From: Candidatus Omnitrophota bacterium
GTDB lineage: Bacteria > Omnitrophota > Gorgyraeia > Zapsychrales > Zapsychraceae
Reading direction: 5' to 3'
Assembly: GCA_050250375.1 (NCBI GenBank)
Contig: JBFWOS010000001.1
Coordinates: 91,346-155,345, forward strand
Length of the DNA: 64,000 nt
In this document: positions 48,565 to 57,427 of the stretch, piece by piece
How the letters are laid out: the number at the start of each line of letters is the position of its first letter
Position numbering within the stretch: position 1 is the stretch's first letter
Made by a program: the position numbers and the translations under genes
The notes under the pieces: model-generated
What the model was told of the DNA's origin: nothing
The model's database searches: none
Seen by the model: the letters and a program-made list of their open reading frames with translations, nothing else

Positions 48565-51500
48565 TTAAAATTTCTTAAAAATGGAATCGAGGACTCCTTC
48601 AATAAGGATCTGCTCCGGGGCTTTTTCCGGTTGTGCCGGCGGAGCCGTTTCTCCCGACGGCGCAGTCTGTTTGATGCCTTGGGCCGGTTGCGTCCCGCCT
48701 GATGCCGGGGTTTCCGGGCCGGAAGCCGGCGCCTTTTCTCCCGAATCAAATGTCTTATTGAACAGTTTCTGCAATTCCTCACGGCCCTTATTTTTAAGCG
48801 CGTTTGCCGCCAGATCTTTCAAGTCAGGAAAAAATTGGACGTTGGGACCTTTCCCGGTAATCAGCAGCGGGAACCGGATCCTCTTTTGTTCATCGTAGAG
48901 GTATTCCAGCTGCGGCGCCGCCTGAGCCATATACTGCGACATATCCTGCGGAATAATAAATATCCCGTTAAACGTATAACGCTGGTCGAATCCGACCTGG
49001 CCAGTTCCAGTAAAGAGAAAATTGTCCGCGGTCAGATTAAATGATTTGATCTTGACCAGGCTGTTTTCTATGCCGATTGTCATAGTCGCGTCGGTAATGA
49101 CCGTATCTTTCTGGTTAAGCCGTGTTTTTAAATCCGGCGGAAGAATGGACTCGATCGTCTGCCGGAAATTGGAGATAATCTTGATATTATCAAGAACCAA
49201 CGCCAGGATGTTGATATCGGTGAGCCGCCCTTCCTTAAACGCCAGGTTCCCCTGCCCCGTCAGGGCCTCCATCATCACGTTCGGTTCAAAGCCGTGCCCC
49301 TGGATCGCAAGCTCTCCGTTAATAACACCCTGAACCTTAACCGCGAAATCCTTTTGGTTGATGATTTCAGCCAGACTTAAATCGATCAATTTCGTGTCGG
49401 CCTGATAACGCTGTTCCTTCACAAAATCAGTCAAGGACCCTTTGAGCGATAAACTGCCCTTCCCGAGTTTAAGGACGATTTCCTCCATCGTCACATTATT
49501 CCCCGCGAACTGAATCTTGGCCTGGACCGGATCGACCGGCGCGTTTAATTCCTTGAGCACGACCCTGCCGTTTTTAAATTCCATGGTCCCGTTCACCGGT
49601 CCGAGGCCTGACGGCCCGGCCGTCAATGAACTTAAGGCGACGGAGGCCTGCCCTTTTAACTCGACCGGTAACGGCGCGTCTTTAAGCGCCGCGATGCTTT
49701 GTTTCAGCCGGTCTAACGATAACGCCGATAAATCCGTCTGGAAATTCAGCCCGTCGATCTTGATCTCCTGGGTCTGCTGGTTCAACGCGGCCTTTGTCTC
49801 AAACGAAAAATTCGGCCGGTCACTCAGGTAAGCCAGTTCACCCTGCACACTGAACGGCCCGCCGTTCAGCGAAAAATCTTTGATGTTAAGTTTGGCCTGC
49901 GACACATCAAGACCGACACCCGGAGCGATTTCCTTAAATGACACCTGCCCCCCGGATAAAGACACATCCATGGACAGCGATTCAAGTCCGGCAGGTCCGG
50001 CCGCGGCATCCTTGATCGATACCCGGCATTTTCCGGCCAGCTTGTCCGGCAGCGGGACATCTTTGAGCGCGGGCGCGCTTTCCTTGATTTGCGCAAGCGA
50101 AAACCCGGCCAGGTCGGTTTCAAACGTCGTATCCCTCAGGCGCACTGATTGTTTTTCCAGATTAAATACGCCGTAGCCGTCAAGCGAGACATTCGGCACC
50201 GGATTCATAACACCGGCTTTTAAAGAAAAAGAAAACGGTCCGTTCAGCGAAAAATCTTTTAACGCCAGGTTTATGCCCTGCACAGACAACGCCGCCCCGC
50301 TCTTGTCCTTAAGGCTCACCGCTCCATTGGTCAAACCGAAGTTCATATTAAGAGAAGTCAACCCGGCAGGCCCCGCAGAAAATTCATTGAGGTCCAGACG
50401 GATATTTCCCGTCAGCTTATCCGGAAGCGGCTGGTCCTTGAGCATCGGAACGGCAGACTTCAGCTGGTCCAGCGAATAAGAAGACAGGTCGGTGGTCACG
50501 GACACTCCGCTTAAGCGGACGCTCTGTGACATCATGTCAAACAGGGCCTTGCCCTGGACTGTGATATTCGGCTGATCGTTCAGATACGCGGCAGAGACAT
50601 TCCATTGAAACGGATTGTTTAACGAAAATCCGGTCACACCGACGTTGATCTTTGAGGCCGCAAACGATACGCCGGGCGCGGCTTCTTTGATCGCAATCTT
50701 TCCGTTTTCAAATTTGACATCGGCGTTGACGGACGTCAGTCCCTGCGGTCCGGCCGCAAGTTCTTTGACCGTTAGTGTAAACTGACCGCCCAGCACTTCC
50801 GGAAAAGGGACATTTTGGGGGATGACCGGAAGCTGACGGATCGCGTCAAAAGAGATCTTGTCCAAATCTGTTTTAAGGCTGAATTGTGAAAGGGTAACCG
50901 CCGACGTTTTCGGGTCAAGCCGGACCTTGCCTTCCACCCGGATATTTTCCTGCTGGCCGAAAACCGCCGCGCCCAAAGAGACCTTAAACGGCGCGCTTAA
51001 TGAAAATCCGTTAACCATCAGGGATGCCTGCGTCACGCTCAGCTTCATTTCAGGATCGAAGGTGCGGTCAATGACGGTAATTTCGCCCCCGGTCATTTCA
51101 ACGGTATCCACAAACACAGCCGGCAAATCCGCCGGCTTTGCCGCAGGGGATGACGGGCCTGATCCCCCGGTCCCGGGCTGCGAAGGATTTTCCGCCGGAG
51201 GAGTTCCGATCGTCTGGGCATTGATCTGTCCGTCTTTATCCCGAATAATGGTTACCCGCGGTGATTTGATCTGCACCCGGGTGACCGCGATCTCCTTCTT
51301 CATAATATACGACAACACGTTCACACTGACAAAGACTTCATCGACACTGAAAAAATCGCCTGTTCCGAAAGCGGAACTTTCACTGATCGTCACTCCGTTA
51401 ATCGCGAAGCGTACGCCCTGGCTGATGGAAGGTTTTAAATCAATCGTCTTAAAATCAACCGTGCGGTTAAGCGCCGAATTCGCGGCCGCGACAATCTGGG

Positions 51501-51606
51501 TTTTATAACGGTTAACGTCCAGTGTTTTCAGGAAGATAAAAACACCCGCCAACAGCAGGACAAACAGGATTAAAACTACAAGGATAATTCGTTTAAGGAT
51601 TTTCAT
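48565..51606 (-). CDS. AsmA-family protein (TamB/AsmA-like envelope lipid-transfer protein), 1013 aa
   Basis: N-terminal TM anchor MKILKRIILVVLILFVLLLAGVFIF. A long beta-rich body with about 4 internal repeats of ~105 aa. Low-complexity P/A/S/G tail. Confidence 0.72.
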   Translation of the reverse strand: MKILKRIILVVLILFVLLLAGVFIFLKTLDVNRYKTQIVAAANSALNRTVDFKTIDLKPSISQGVRFAINGVTISESSAFGTGDFFSVDEVFVSVNVLSYIMKKEIAVTRVQIKSPRVTIIRDKDGQINAQTIGTPPAENPSQPGTGGSGPSSPAAKPADLPAVFVDTVEMTGGEITVIDRTFDPEMKLSVTQASLMVNGFSLSAPFKVSLGAAVFGQQENIRVEGKVRLDPKTSAVTLSQFSLKTDLDKISFDAIRQLPVIPQNVPFPEVLGGQFTLTVKELAAGPQGLTSVNADVKFENGKIAIKEAAPGVSFAASKINVGVTGFSLNNPFQWNVSAAYLNDQPNITVQGKALFDMMSQSVRLSGVSVTTDLSSYSLDQLKSAVPMLKDQPLPDKLTGNIRLDLNEFSAGPAGLTSLNMNFGLTNGAVSLKDKSGAALSVQGINLALKDFSLNGPFSFSLKAGVMNPVPNVSLDGYGVFNLEKQSVRLRDTTFETDLAGFSLAQIKESAPALKDVPLPDKLAGKCRVSIKDAAAGPAGLESLSMDVSLSGGQVSFKEIAPGVGLDVSQAKLNIKDFSLNGGPFSVQGELAYLSDRPNFSFETKAALNQQTQEIKIDGLNFQTDLSALSLDRLKQSIAALKDAPLPVELKGQASVALSSLTAGPSGLGPVNGTMEFKNGRVVLKELNAPVDPVQAKIQFAGNNVTMEEIVLKLGKGSLSLKGSLTDFVKEQRYQADTKLIDLSLAEIINQKDFAVKVQGVINGELAIQGHGFEPNVMMEALTGQGNLAFKEGRLTDINILALVLDNIKIISNFRQTIESILPPDLKTRLNQKDTVITDATMTIGIENSLVKIKSFNLTADNFLFTGTGQVGFDQRYTFNGIFIIPQDMSQYMAQAAPQLEYLYDEQKRIRFPLLITGKGPNVQFFPDLKDLAANALKNKGREELQKLFNKTFDSGEKAPASGPETPASGGTQPAQGIKQTAPSGETAPPAQPEKAPEQILIEGVLDSIFKKF
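49450..51040 (-). repeat. Intragenic tandem repeats of about 315 nt (~105 aa), about four copies, inside the AsmA-family gene. Coordinates approximate.
   Basis: Protein-level repeats FSLN(G)PF...DL(A/S)(G/S)FSL(A/D)Q(I/L)K(E/S)(S)AP(A/M)LKD(V/Q)PLPDKL(A/T)G...AAGPAGL(T/E)SL recur about every 105 residues. Confidence 0.6.
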
Positions 51607-51694
51607 ATCTTTAATATATTTGAGATTAATAAAACGACAGGAATAATATCCACCATCCTAGCAAATCCGTTTGGGTTGTCAATGGCTGTGTTGT

Positions 51695-52024
51695 CTATCC
51701 GCAGGAACTCTCACACGCGAAGGCCTGGGGCATATCGTTTTTATACAATTCTTCGCAGGATTTGACACATTCGACGCAAACCTGATACTGGGCCGATTCA
51801 ACCCGCCAGCAGCGGCCGTCGACCAGCTGGCACTGCGCGTACACCCGGCAACGGTCGCCAAAGGCGTACATCATCGTGCACATCTCAGCGACATTCGGAC
51901 CGCACTGGATCTCAAGGCCGTGGCAGTTTTCGATCCCGCATTTCTCCTCTGCGGCCCAAAGCGGATCCGCAGCCGTAACCCCGACAACCAAACACAAGGA
52001 CAACAGTTTAATAAGCTTCATCAT
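51695..52024 (-). CDS. Secreted cysteine-rich small protein (109 aa; 12 Cys in an ~80-aa mature region)
   Basis: Signal peptide MMKLIKLLSLCLVVGVTAADPLWA. Mature part CGIENC...CGPNVAEMC...CRVYAQC...CVECVKSC...CESSCG. Confidence 0.6.
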   Translation of the reverse strand: MMKLIKLLSLCLVVGVTAADPLWAAEEKCGIENCHGLEIQCGPNVAEMCTMMYAFGDRCRVYAQCQLVDGRCWRVESAQYQVCVECVKSCEELYKNDMPQAFACESSCG

Positions 52025-52032
52025 CTCTCCTC

Positions 52033-52944
52033 CTATTGGTCGTACTTGTAGCCGTATTGTTTGACTTCCGTCATCGTGACCGGGATCTTCGCCCCGTTCG
52101 CCAAAGTCATGGGTGTCTCAAACAGCCGGTTCATTTCCTCGGAATAAATCAGCATAGTCTGCGGATCAATCAGGCGCACACCGCTTCCAGACAATTTAAC
52201 GTCTCCCAGGTCGACCGCGTCCAGCGCGCCATCGGCCATTTCTTTAATCCCGCCGTACATCCCGTCCATGAACTTCGTGAGTCCCGCCGGATTCGCGTCA
52301 TATTGGAATTCGATCCGCGCACAGCGGGTCTGGCCGCAAGGGACCATGTCCCTGAGGATAAAAATCGCCGTAAACTCGATCGTATTTCCGTCCGGCAGGG
52401 TAAACTGGCTTTCCGACAGCCACGTTTCTCCGACGGTTATTTCCCGTCCGATAAAATCACCGACCCGTCCGTTATATTCGGCCTTCTCTTTATTCACCAT
52501 GGCTTCAACACTGATGCTCTTAAGGATCTCTGCAGGCGTGTTTGCCGGAAGACCGGCCTTCATCTTCTCGACAAATTCTTCAAACCCGTTTACATACACG
52601 AAATGTCCGTCCGGATCCAGATGGAGATCGTATTTCATATCGAACATCGGCTGTGTAATTGAATCCGGGACCGGCTGGCCGTCACGGGTCATCGTAATGA
52701 GCAGCGGCACGGCTTTGAGGGAATATCCTTGTTCCGTCTTTTTAATCACCACCTTGACCGTTCCTTCGGTCTGGTCCACCTGTTTTTTTAAAGACCCGAA
52801 TTCTTTGGTGCGTTGCGCGCTGTAGGTTTCCCGGTAAGAAATTCCGTCCGGCGGATTAAAGACAAACCGGACGGTCTCCTGCGCTGCGGCCGTACGGGTC
52901 ATGAGTAGAAAAATAATAATAAACAAACCGTATGTTCGTTTCAT
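52033..52944 (-). CDS. Hypothetical secreted protein (303 aa)
   Basis: Signal peptide LFIIIFLLMTRTAAAQ. 4-nt ATGA overlap with the upstream haloacid-dehalogenase-like gene. Confidence 0.5.
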   Translation of the reverse strand: MKRTYGLFIIIFLLMTRTAAAQETVRFVFNPPDGISYRETYSAQRTKEFGSLKKQVDQTEGTVKVVIKKTEQGYSLKAVPLLITMTRDGQPVPDSITQPMFDMKYDLHLDPDGHFVYVNGFEEFVEKMKAGLPANTPAEILKSISVEAMVNKEKAEYNGRVGDFIGREITVGETWLSESQFTLPDGNTIEFTAIFILRDMVPCGQTRCARIEFQYDANPAGLTKFMDGMYGGIKEMADGALDAVDLGDVKLSGSGVRLIDPQTMLIYSEEMNRLFETPMTLANGAKIPVTMTEVKQYGYKYDQ

Positions 52945-53738
52945 AATAATCCTTCCGGTCCTATTGCAGACCCGTTCTTCTTCAAAAATTCAACCAGGTC
53001 AGACAAATTGTTTCCCTGTCCGTCCACCGTAACGTCAAGTCTTTCCGCCGGTAATTGCAGGCGGTTCACCCAGAACGTCGGGTATCCGAACCATTTGGCT
53101 CCGGAGGCATCCCATCCGGCGAAGGCGACAAACAATATTTCTTCGCGCTTCAGACCCAGGGCATCCATTCCCAGCTGATAAGCCTTCGGGTCCGGTTTGT
53201 ATGTCCGCGCTTCATCCGTGCTGATGACCCGGTCAAAATACTGATCCAGTCCGGAATGATCAATCCCGGCGTTAAGCATGTCCCCGGTCATATTGGATAA
53301 AAAAATCATCCGGATACCGCTGGCCTTCAAGGCCTGCAAGGCAGGAAGCACATCCGGCCACGGTTTTAATGTCAGGTAAGCCCCCATCAGCTGACGGCGT
53401 TTATCCTCGGTCAGGTCGAGTTTGAGTTTATCACAGGCATACACCAGCGCGTCTTCCGTCACCGCCCAGAAATCCTTGTACTGTCCGCCGGAAACCCGCA
53501 GCCACGTATACTCAAACTGGCGCGTGCGCCATTCATCGCCCAGGGCTTTGCCTTGTCCGGGAAACAATTCTTCAGCCAGGGCAAAGACCGGCCGCGGGTC
53601 AAACACCGGAAACGCGTCGAACGCAACGGCCTTTATGGAGGATTGATTTTGCGCGTCCGCGGGAAGGACCGAAAGATTTCCGGCCAGAATTAAAAAACCG
53701 GTCATGAATGTTTGAAAAGATAAACGTGTTAAAATCAT
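52941..53738 (-). CDS. HAD-superfamily, haloacid dehalogenase type II-like protein with an N-terminal signal peptide
   Basis: KAVAFDAFPVFD (motif I, nucleophile Asp), RTYKPDPKAYQ, SNMTGD and FVAFAGWD motifs as in L-2-haloacid dehalogenases. Hydrophobic leader with the pattern AxA-Q. Confidence 0.65.
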   Translation of the reverse strand: MILTRLSFQTFMTGFLILAGNLSVLPADAQNQSSIKAVAFDAFPVFDPRPVFALAEELFPGQGKALGDEWRTRQFEYTWLRVSGGQYKDFWAVTEDALVYACDKLKLDLTEDKRRQLMGAYLTLKPWPDVLPALQALKASGIRMIFLSNMTGDMLNAGIDHSGLDQYFDRVISTDEARTYKPDPKAYQLGMDALGLKREEILFVAFAGWDASGAKWFGYPTFWVNRLQLPAERLDVTVDGQGNNLSDLVEFLKKNGSAIGPEGLL

Positions 53739-53747
53739 CCTTGCTCC

Positions 53748-54071
53748 TTATCCGTTAAAATGAATGGCCAGCCAGACCGTTTGTCCATCGGAGTCTGTCC
53801 ATTCAACCCGGTGGTTCATTCCGGAGGGGATCAACAGATAATCCCCTTCTGTCAGCAGGACGGGATTGGGCGCCCCTTCAAACAGCAGGCCTGCCTTCCC
53901 CTTTAATAACAACACCCATTCGTCCCAGTCCGAAACCAGCCAATCCCCGTCAGGAGTCGCCTGCCCCTGCGAGACAATCCGTTCCACTTTCATTCCCGGA
54001 CGGGTCAAAAGATCATCAAAAATTTCGTTGTGTGAAGCATCCGGCAGGTTTTTAAAAATGTTATTCAGCAT
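53748..54071 (-). CDS. Cupin-2 conserved barrel protein
   Basis: 107 aa. G(D)YLLIPSGMNHRV, a cupin motif with a metal-binding His. Confidence 0.6.
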   Translation of the reverse strand: MLNNIFKNLPDASHNEIFDDLLTRPGMKVERIVSQGQATPDGDWLVSDWDEWVLLLKGKAGLLFEGAPNPVLLTEGDYLLIPSGMNHRVEWTDSDGQTVWLAIHFNG

Positions 54072-54076
54072 AATTT

Positions 54077-54107
54077 AAAGTGATCAGGGATCAGGGTTCA
54101 GTGATCG
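54077..54107. repeat. GATC-rich 31-bp element. Left arm of an inverted-repeat pair (30/31 match to the reverse complement of 57751..57781).
   Basis: aaagtgatcagggatcagggttcagtgatcg has 4 GATC sites. Its partner reads cgatcactgatccctgatccctgatcacttt. Confidence 0.85.
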
Positions 54108-54142
54108 TAGGGGAATAACAACCGTGGCCTAACGATAAATAT

Positions 54143-54163
54143 TGATCACTGATCACTGATCCC
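54143..54163. repeat. Related GATC-rich direct repeat (tgatcactgatcactgatccc) overlapping the last 5 codons and stop of the ABC-F gene
   Basis: Read directly. Encodes ...GISDQ-stop on the minus strand. Confidence 0.8.
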
Positions 54164-56050
54164 TTCTTTTAGTCCTTCCAGAAACTCCCAGCGTTCAAAG
54201 GCCGCCAGCAAATCATCTTCAATCTTTTCCAGCTGGACCTGGACTTCCTGGATCTTTTTTTTGTCCTGTTTATAAAACTCCGGGTCTTCCATGATATTGT
54301 AGATTTTATCCTGCTGGTCTTCAAGTTTCGCGATTTTGGCGGTCACACTGTTCAATTCGCGCTGTTGTTCAAACGTAAGTCCGGGTTTGGAAAAAATTTT
54401 TGCAGGCGTTTCCTCCTCATCGCTGTCCATTTGATATTTGGACGGAACGTTATTCTGTTTCTGATTGAGCCAGTCATCGTAACCGCCGGGGTATTCCCCG
54501 ATCTTCCCGTCCCCTTCAAAGACAATGGTTGAGGTCACGACATTATTGAGAAAGGCCCGGTCATGGCTGACCAGTAAAAGAGTCCCGGCATATTCGACCA
54601 GCAATTCTTCAAGCAGTTCGAGTGTTTCGATATCAAGGTCATTGGTGGGCTCATCCATCACCAGAAAATTAAACGGCTGGGTAAACAGCCGCGCGAGGAA
54701 CAAACGGTTCCGTTCCCCGCCGGACAAGACCTTGACCGGGGTGCGCGCGCGTTCGGGTGAAAATAAAAAATCCTGAAGATACCCGACCAGATGCCGCGGT
54801 TTGCCGTTGATCATGACCGTGTCGCCTGAACCGCCGCTGATATTCTCGATGACGGATTTTTCTTCATCCAGCTGCTGACGGAGTTGATCGTAATAAGCGA
54901 TTTCAAGGTTGGTACCGAGTTTGACGGTCCCCTGTTTGGGGGCGAGTTTGCCCAGCAGGATTTTTAGCAGGGTCGTTTTGCCGCTGCCGTTGGGACCGAT
55001 CAGTCCGATCTTGTCCCCGCGCATGATCTGCGTGGTAAATTTCTGAATCAGGCAGACATCCCCGTAACCGTGGCTGATGTTCACCGCCTTGATCACCTGC
55101 CGTCCGGACATTTCCGCTTCCTGCGCGGTCATGCGCACCTTGCCGGTCTGCCGGCGCTGGGCGAGTTTTTCGACGCGCAGACGTTCCAGGGCCTTGACCC
55201 GTCCTTCATTGCGGGTGCGCCGGGCCTTGATCCCTTTGCGGATCCAGATCTCTTCCTGAGCGAGTTTCTTGTCAAAATGTTCGTTGTGCGCCGTCTCGAT
55301 CTCAAGTTCCAATTGTTTGCGTTCCAGAAATGTTTTGTAATCACACATCCAGCTGTACATCCGGCCGCGGTCCAGTTCAATAATACGCGTCGCCAGATGC
55401 GACATAAACATCCGGTCATGGGTCACAAAAAAAAGTGTGCCGCGGTATTGTTTGAGGAATTCCTCAAGCCAGTTGATCGTGTCCATGTCCAGATGGTTCG
55501 TCGGTTCGTCCAAAAGCAAAATGTCGGGATTGAGCACAAACGCCCGGGCCAGCATCACGCGTTTTTTCTGCCCGCCGGACAGATTTTCAAAAGGCTGGTC
55601 GGGATCGAGTTTCATCTGGGCCACCATCTGTTCGACCGTGCGGTCGATTTCCCAGCTGTTGGTGCGGTCCATTTCGGCCTGCAGACGGTCGAGTTCGCGC
55701 ATCAGCGCCGGGGTATGTTCCGTCTGCAGACGATGCATGAGATGATGGTATTCGCTGACCGTTTTGGCCTGTGCGCCGAGGCCTGAAAGGACAATATCAA
55801 AGACATCCCCTTTCAGTTCGCCGGGGATTTCCTGAGGGAGATGCGTGACCAGCACCCCTTTTTGATAAATAATCTTACCGGTATCAACTTCCAGCTGTTT
55901 GTTCATGACCTTCATGAGCGTCGTTTTCCCGGTCCCGTTACGGCCCAGCAGCGCCACCCGTTCACCGGGTTCGAGCTGCAAACTGATGTTATCAAATAAA
56001 AGCGGCCCGCCCAAGGACAGGCTTATATCCTGCAGACTGATCACAGCCAT
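54146..56050 (-). CDS. ABC-F family ATPase (Uup/YheS-like translation/ribosome-associated factor) with two ABC domains
   Basis: Two Walker A motifs (GRNGTGKTT, GPNGSGKTT) and two LSGG signatures with a linker. No TM domain. Confidence 0.9.
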   Translation of the reverse strand: MAVISLQDISLSLGGPLLFDNISLQLEPGERVALLGRNGTGKTTLMKVMNKQLEVDTGKIIYQKGVLVTHLPQEIPGELKGDVFDIVLSGLGAQAKTVSEYHHLMHRLQTEHTPALMRELDRLQAEMDRTNSWEIDRTVEQMVAQMKLDPDQPFENLSGGQKKRVMLARAFVLNPDILLLDEPTNHLDMDTINWLEEFLKQYRGTLFFVTHDRMFMSHLATRIIELDRGRMYSWMCDYKTFLERKQLELEIETAHNEHFDKKLAQEEIWIRKGIKARRTRNEGRVKALERLRVEKLAQRRQTGKVRMTAQEAEMSGRQVIKAVNISHGYGDVCLIQKFTTQIMRGDKIGLIGPNGSGKTTLLKILLGKLAPKQGTVKLGTNLEIAYYDQLRQQLDEEKSVIENISGGSGDTVMINGKPRHLVGYLQDFLFSPERARTPVKVLSGGERNRLFLARLFTQPFNFLVMDEPTNDLDIETLELLEELLVEYAGTLLLVSHDRAFLNNVVTSTIVFEGDGKIGEYPGGYDDWLNQKQNNVPSKYQMDSDEEETPAKIFSKPGLTFEQQRELNSVTAKIAKLEDQQDKIYNIMEDPEFYKQDKKKIQEVQVQLEKIEDDLLAAFERWEFLEGLKEGISDQ

Positions 56051-56130
56051 GAATTTAGTGTTCCTTTATTTTAAGGGTGAATGTTCGGTGTTGAAAACAT
56101 TCGGACATGGATCGTTTAAATTATTCCCTT

Positions 56131-56367
56131 TTATGTCCGGCGTAAGGGCTTTAACAAATAATCCAGACCGTTCAATTTGATTTCGTACAGACTTTTCAGC
56201 ATGTCTCCGAGCTGGCCGGCCGGGAATCCCTTGCGGCCGAACCACAGAATGTATTCTTCCGGCAGGTCAATCAGCCGGTAATCCTTGTATTTTCCAAACG
56301 GCATTTTCATGCGCGTCATCTTCAAAAAAAATTCTTCGTCAGGGATCAGTGGATTATCTTCGGACAT
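56131..56367 (-). CDS. DUF3820-family small protein. Start taken at MSEDNPL (56367) rather than the listed 56523.
   Basis: MPFGKYKDYRLIDLPEEYILWFGRKGFPAGQLGDML matches the DUF3820 core. The longer start would overlap the upstream gene by ~95 nt. Confidence 0.55.
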   Translation of the reverse strand: MSEDNPLIPDEEFFLKMTRMKMPFGKYKDYRLIDLPEEYILWFGRKGFPAGQLGDMLKSLYEIKLNGLDYLLKPLRRT

Positions 56368-56428
56368 AATTTGAATTTTTTGGAGAAACTTCCAAACAGG
56401 ATATTTTATTGTTTGGAGTTTGCGGAAA

Positions 56429-56854
56429 CTATTCCGCCTCTGCCTTGATCCGGATCGTTGCGTCCGCGCCGGGCCCGACCCCGATAAATTTCCCGCTGAG
56501 ATCAAAACCGAGATCAATTTCAACGGACTTGATATTTTTATTCACCTTCAGACTGCTGACGATATCGTTGACAAAATCGTTAATCTCTTCCTGGGAACGC
56601 CGCACGCCCTGCCGCAGTTTGTCGGCGGGGACGACTGTCTTTTTCTCAGGCACGTCACTCTTGATATAGGTCCTCTCCGGGCTGGGACTGCGCCACGGTT
56701 CGCGTTTCTTGAAAGAATCATATCCTTTCGATTGTTCAGGTTCCCCGTCCCCGTATTTAAAAGGACGTTTGGTTCCCGCCGGCCGTTTTTCAAAACGGGT
56801 GAAGGCATGTTTGCCGGGACTTTTAGCCGGGCCGCGTTTGCTCTTGGTCTTCAT
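56429..56854 (-). CDS. Hypothetical basic protein (141 aa)
   Basis: Good SD (AAGGAGAG, ~6 nt spacer) before the ATG. K/R-rich N-terminal half. The co-located plus-strand ORF looks like an antisense shadow. Confidence 0.5.
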   Translation of the reverse strand: MKTKSKRGPAKSPGKHAFTRFEKRPAGTKRPFKYGDGEPEQSKGYDSFKKREPWRSPSPERTYIKSDVPEKKTVVPADKLRQGVRRSQEEINDFVNDIVSSLKVNKNIKSVEIDLGFDLSGKFIGVGPGADATIRIKAEAE

Positions 56855-56957
56855 GATGCTCTCCTTGATGAATTAAACTCATTGATCGGTCGTATGTGCA
56901 CGTCAGCAGACACAGGCCAGTCCCCCATCCCCTGATACGCGTACCCGTATCCCTTAA

Positions 56958-57347
56958 CTATTCTGAAAAATCAAATTCCCTGGTACTGATCGAATATTCC
57001 TTCAACGCCTTCAGCGGAATATAATCGAGCGTTCTCTCATTGGTCGCTTCCAGGATCACCTTGGGCGCCTTGCCCGCGTCATAGGCCTCCAGCCACCGCA
57101 GCGCGCACAGGCACCAGCGGTCGCCTTCAATCAATCCCGGAAAATCAAACTGGGGCATCGGGGTGGACAGATCATTGCCGGCTTTCCTTGAGAATTCCAG
57201 AAAATCATCCGTGGCAACGATACAAACGGTGTGGATACCAAAATCCTCCTGGCCGGTGTTGCAGCATCCGTCGCGGTAAAATCCGGTCATGGGAAACTTC
57301 GAGCAGGATTGTAATTTTGTTCCCAAAACATTTTTCTGGTCTAACAT
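56958..57347 (-). CDS. DUF2237-family protein
   Basis: GFYRDGCCNTGQEDFGIHTVC matches the DUF2237 signature. SD AAGAAGGGA upstream. Confidence 0.65.
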   Translation of the reverse strand: MLDQKNVLGTKLQSCSKFPMTGFYRDGCCNTGQEDFGIHTVCIVATDDFLEFSRKAGNDLSTPMPQFDFPGLIEGDRWCLCALRWLEAYDAGKAPKVILEATNERTLDYIPLKALKEYSISTREFDFSE

Positions 57348-57427
57348 GCTGATCCCTTCTTAAACAACAGGGGACAACCCCCAAAAATAATCAGGTGCCG
57401 CCCCCTGCTTATGGTTCTAATCGAAAA

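Noticed and set aside
50858-51508. 216-aa plus-strand ORF, and other 60-105-aa ORFs inside 48565..51606
   Set aside because: Antisense or alternate-frame shadows of the AsmA-family gene. The basic 75-aa ORF at 48555..48782 overlays the low-complexity tail in another frame.
52036-52825. 208-aa and 185-aa plus-strand ORFs
   Set aside because: Antisense to the secreted 303-aa gene, in the middle of a tightly packed minus-strand operon. No motifs.
55070-55786. 238-aa plus-strand ORF
   Set aside because: Antisense to the ABC-F gene, whose two ABC cassettes are unambiguous.
56368-56523. Long N-terminal extension of the DUF3820 ORF
   Set aside because: The R/S-rich extension overlaps the upstream gene by ~95 nt. 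The DUF3820 family is ~75 aa, so the internal Met was chosen.
56420-56935. 171-aa plus-strand ORF overlapping 56429..56854
   Set aside because: R/L/F/P-rich with no SD. The minus-strand partner has a good SD and a plausible basic-protein composition, so the minus-strand ORF was kept.
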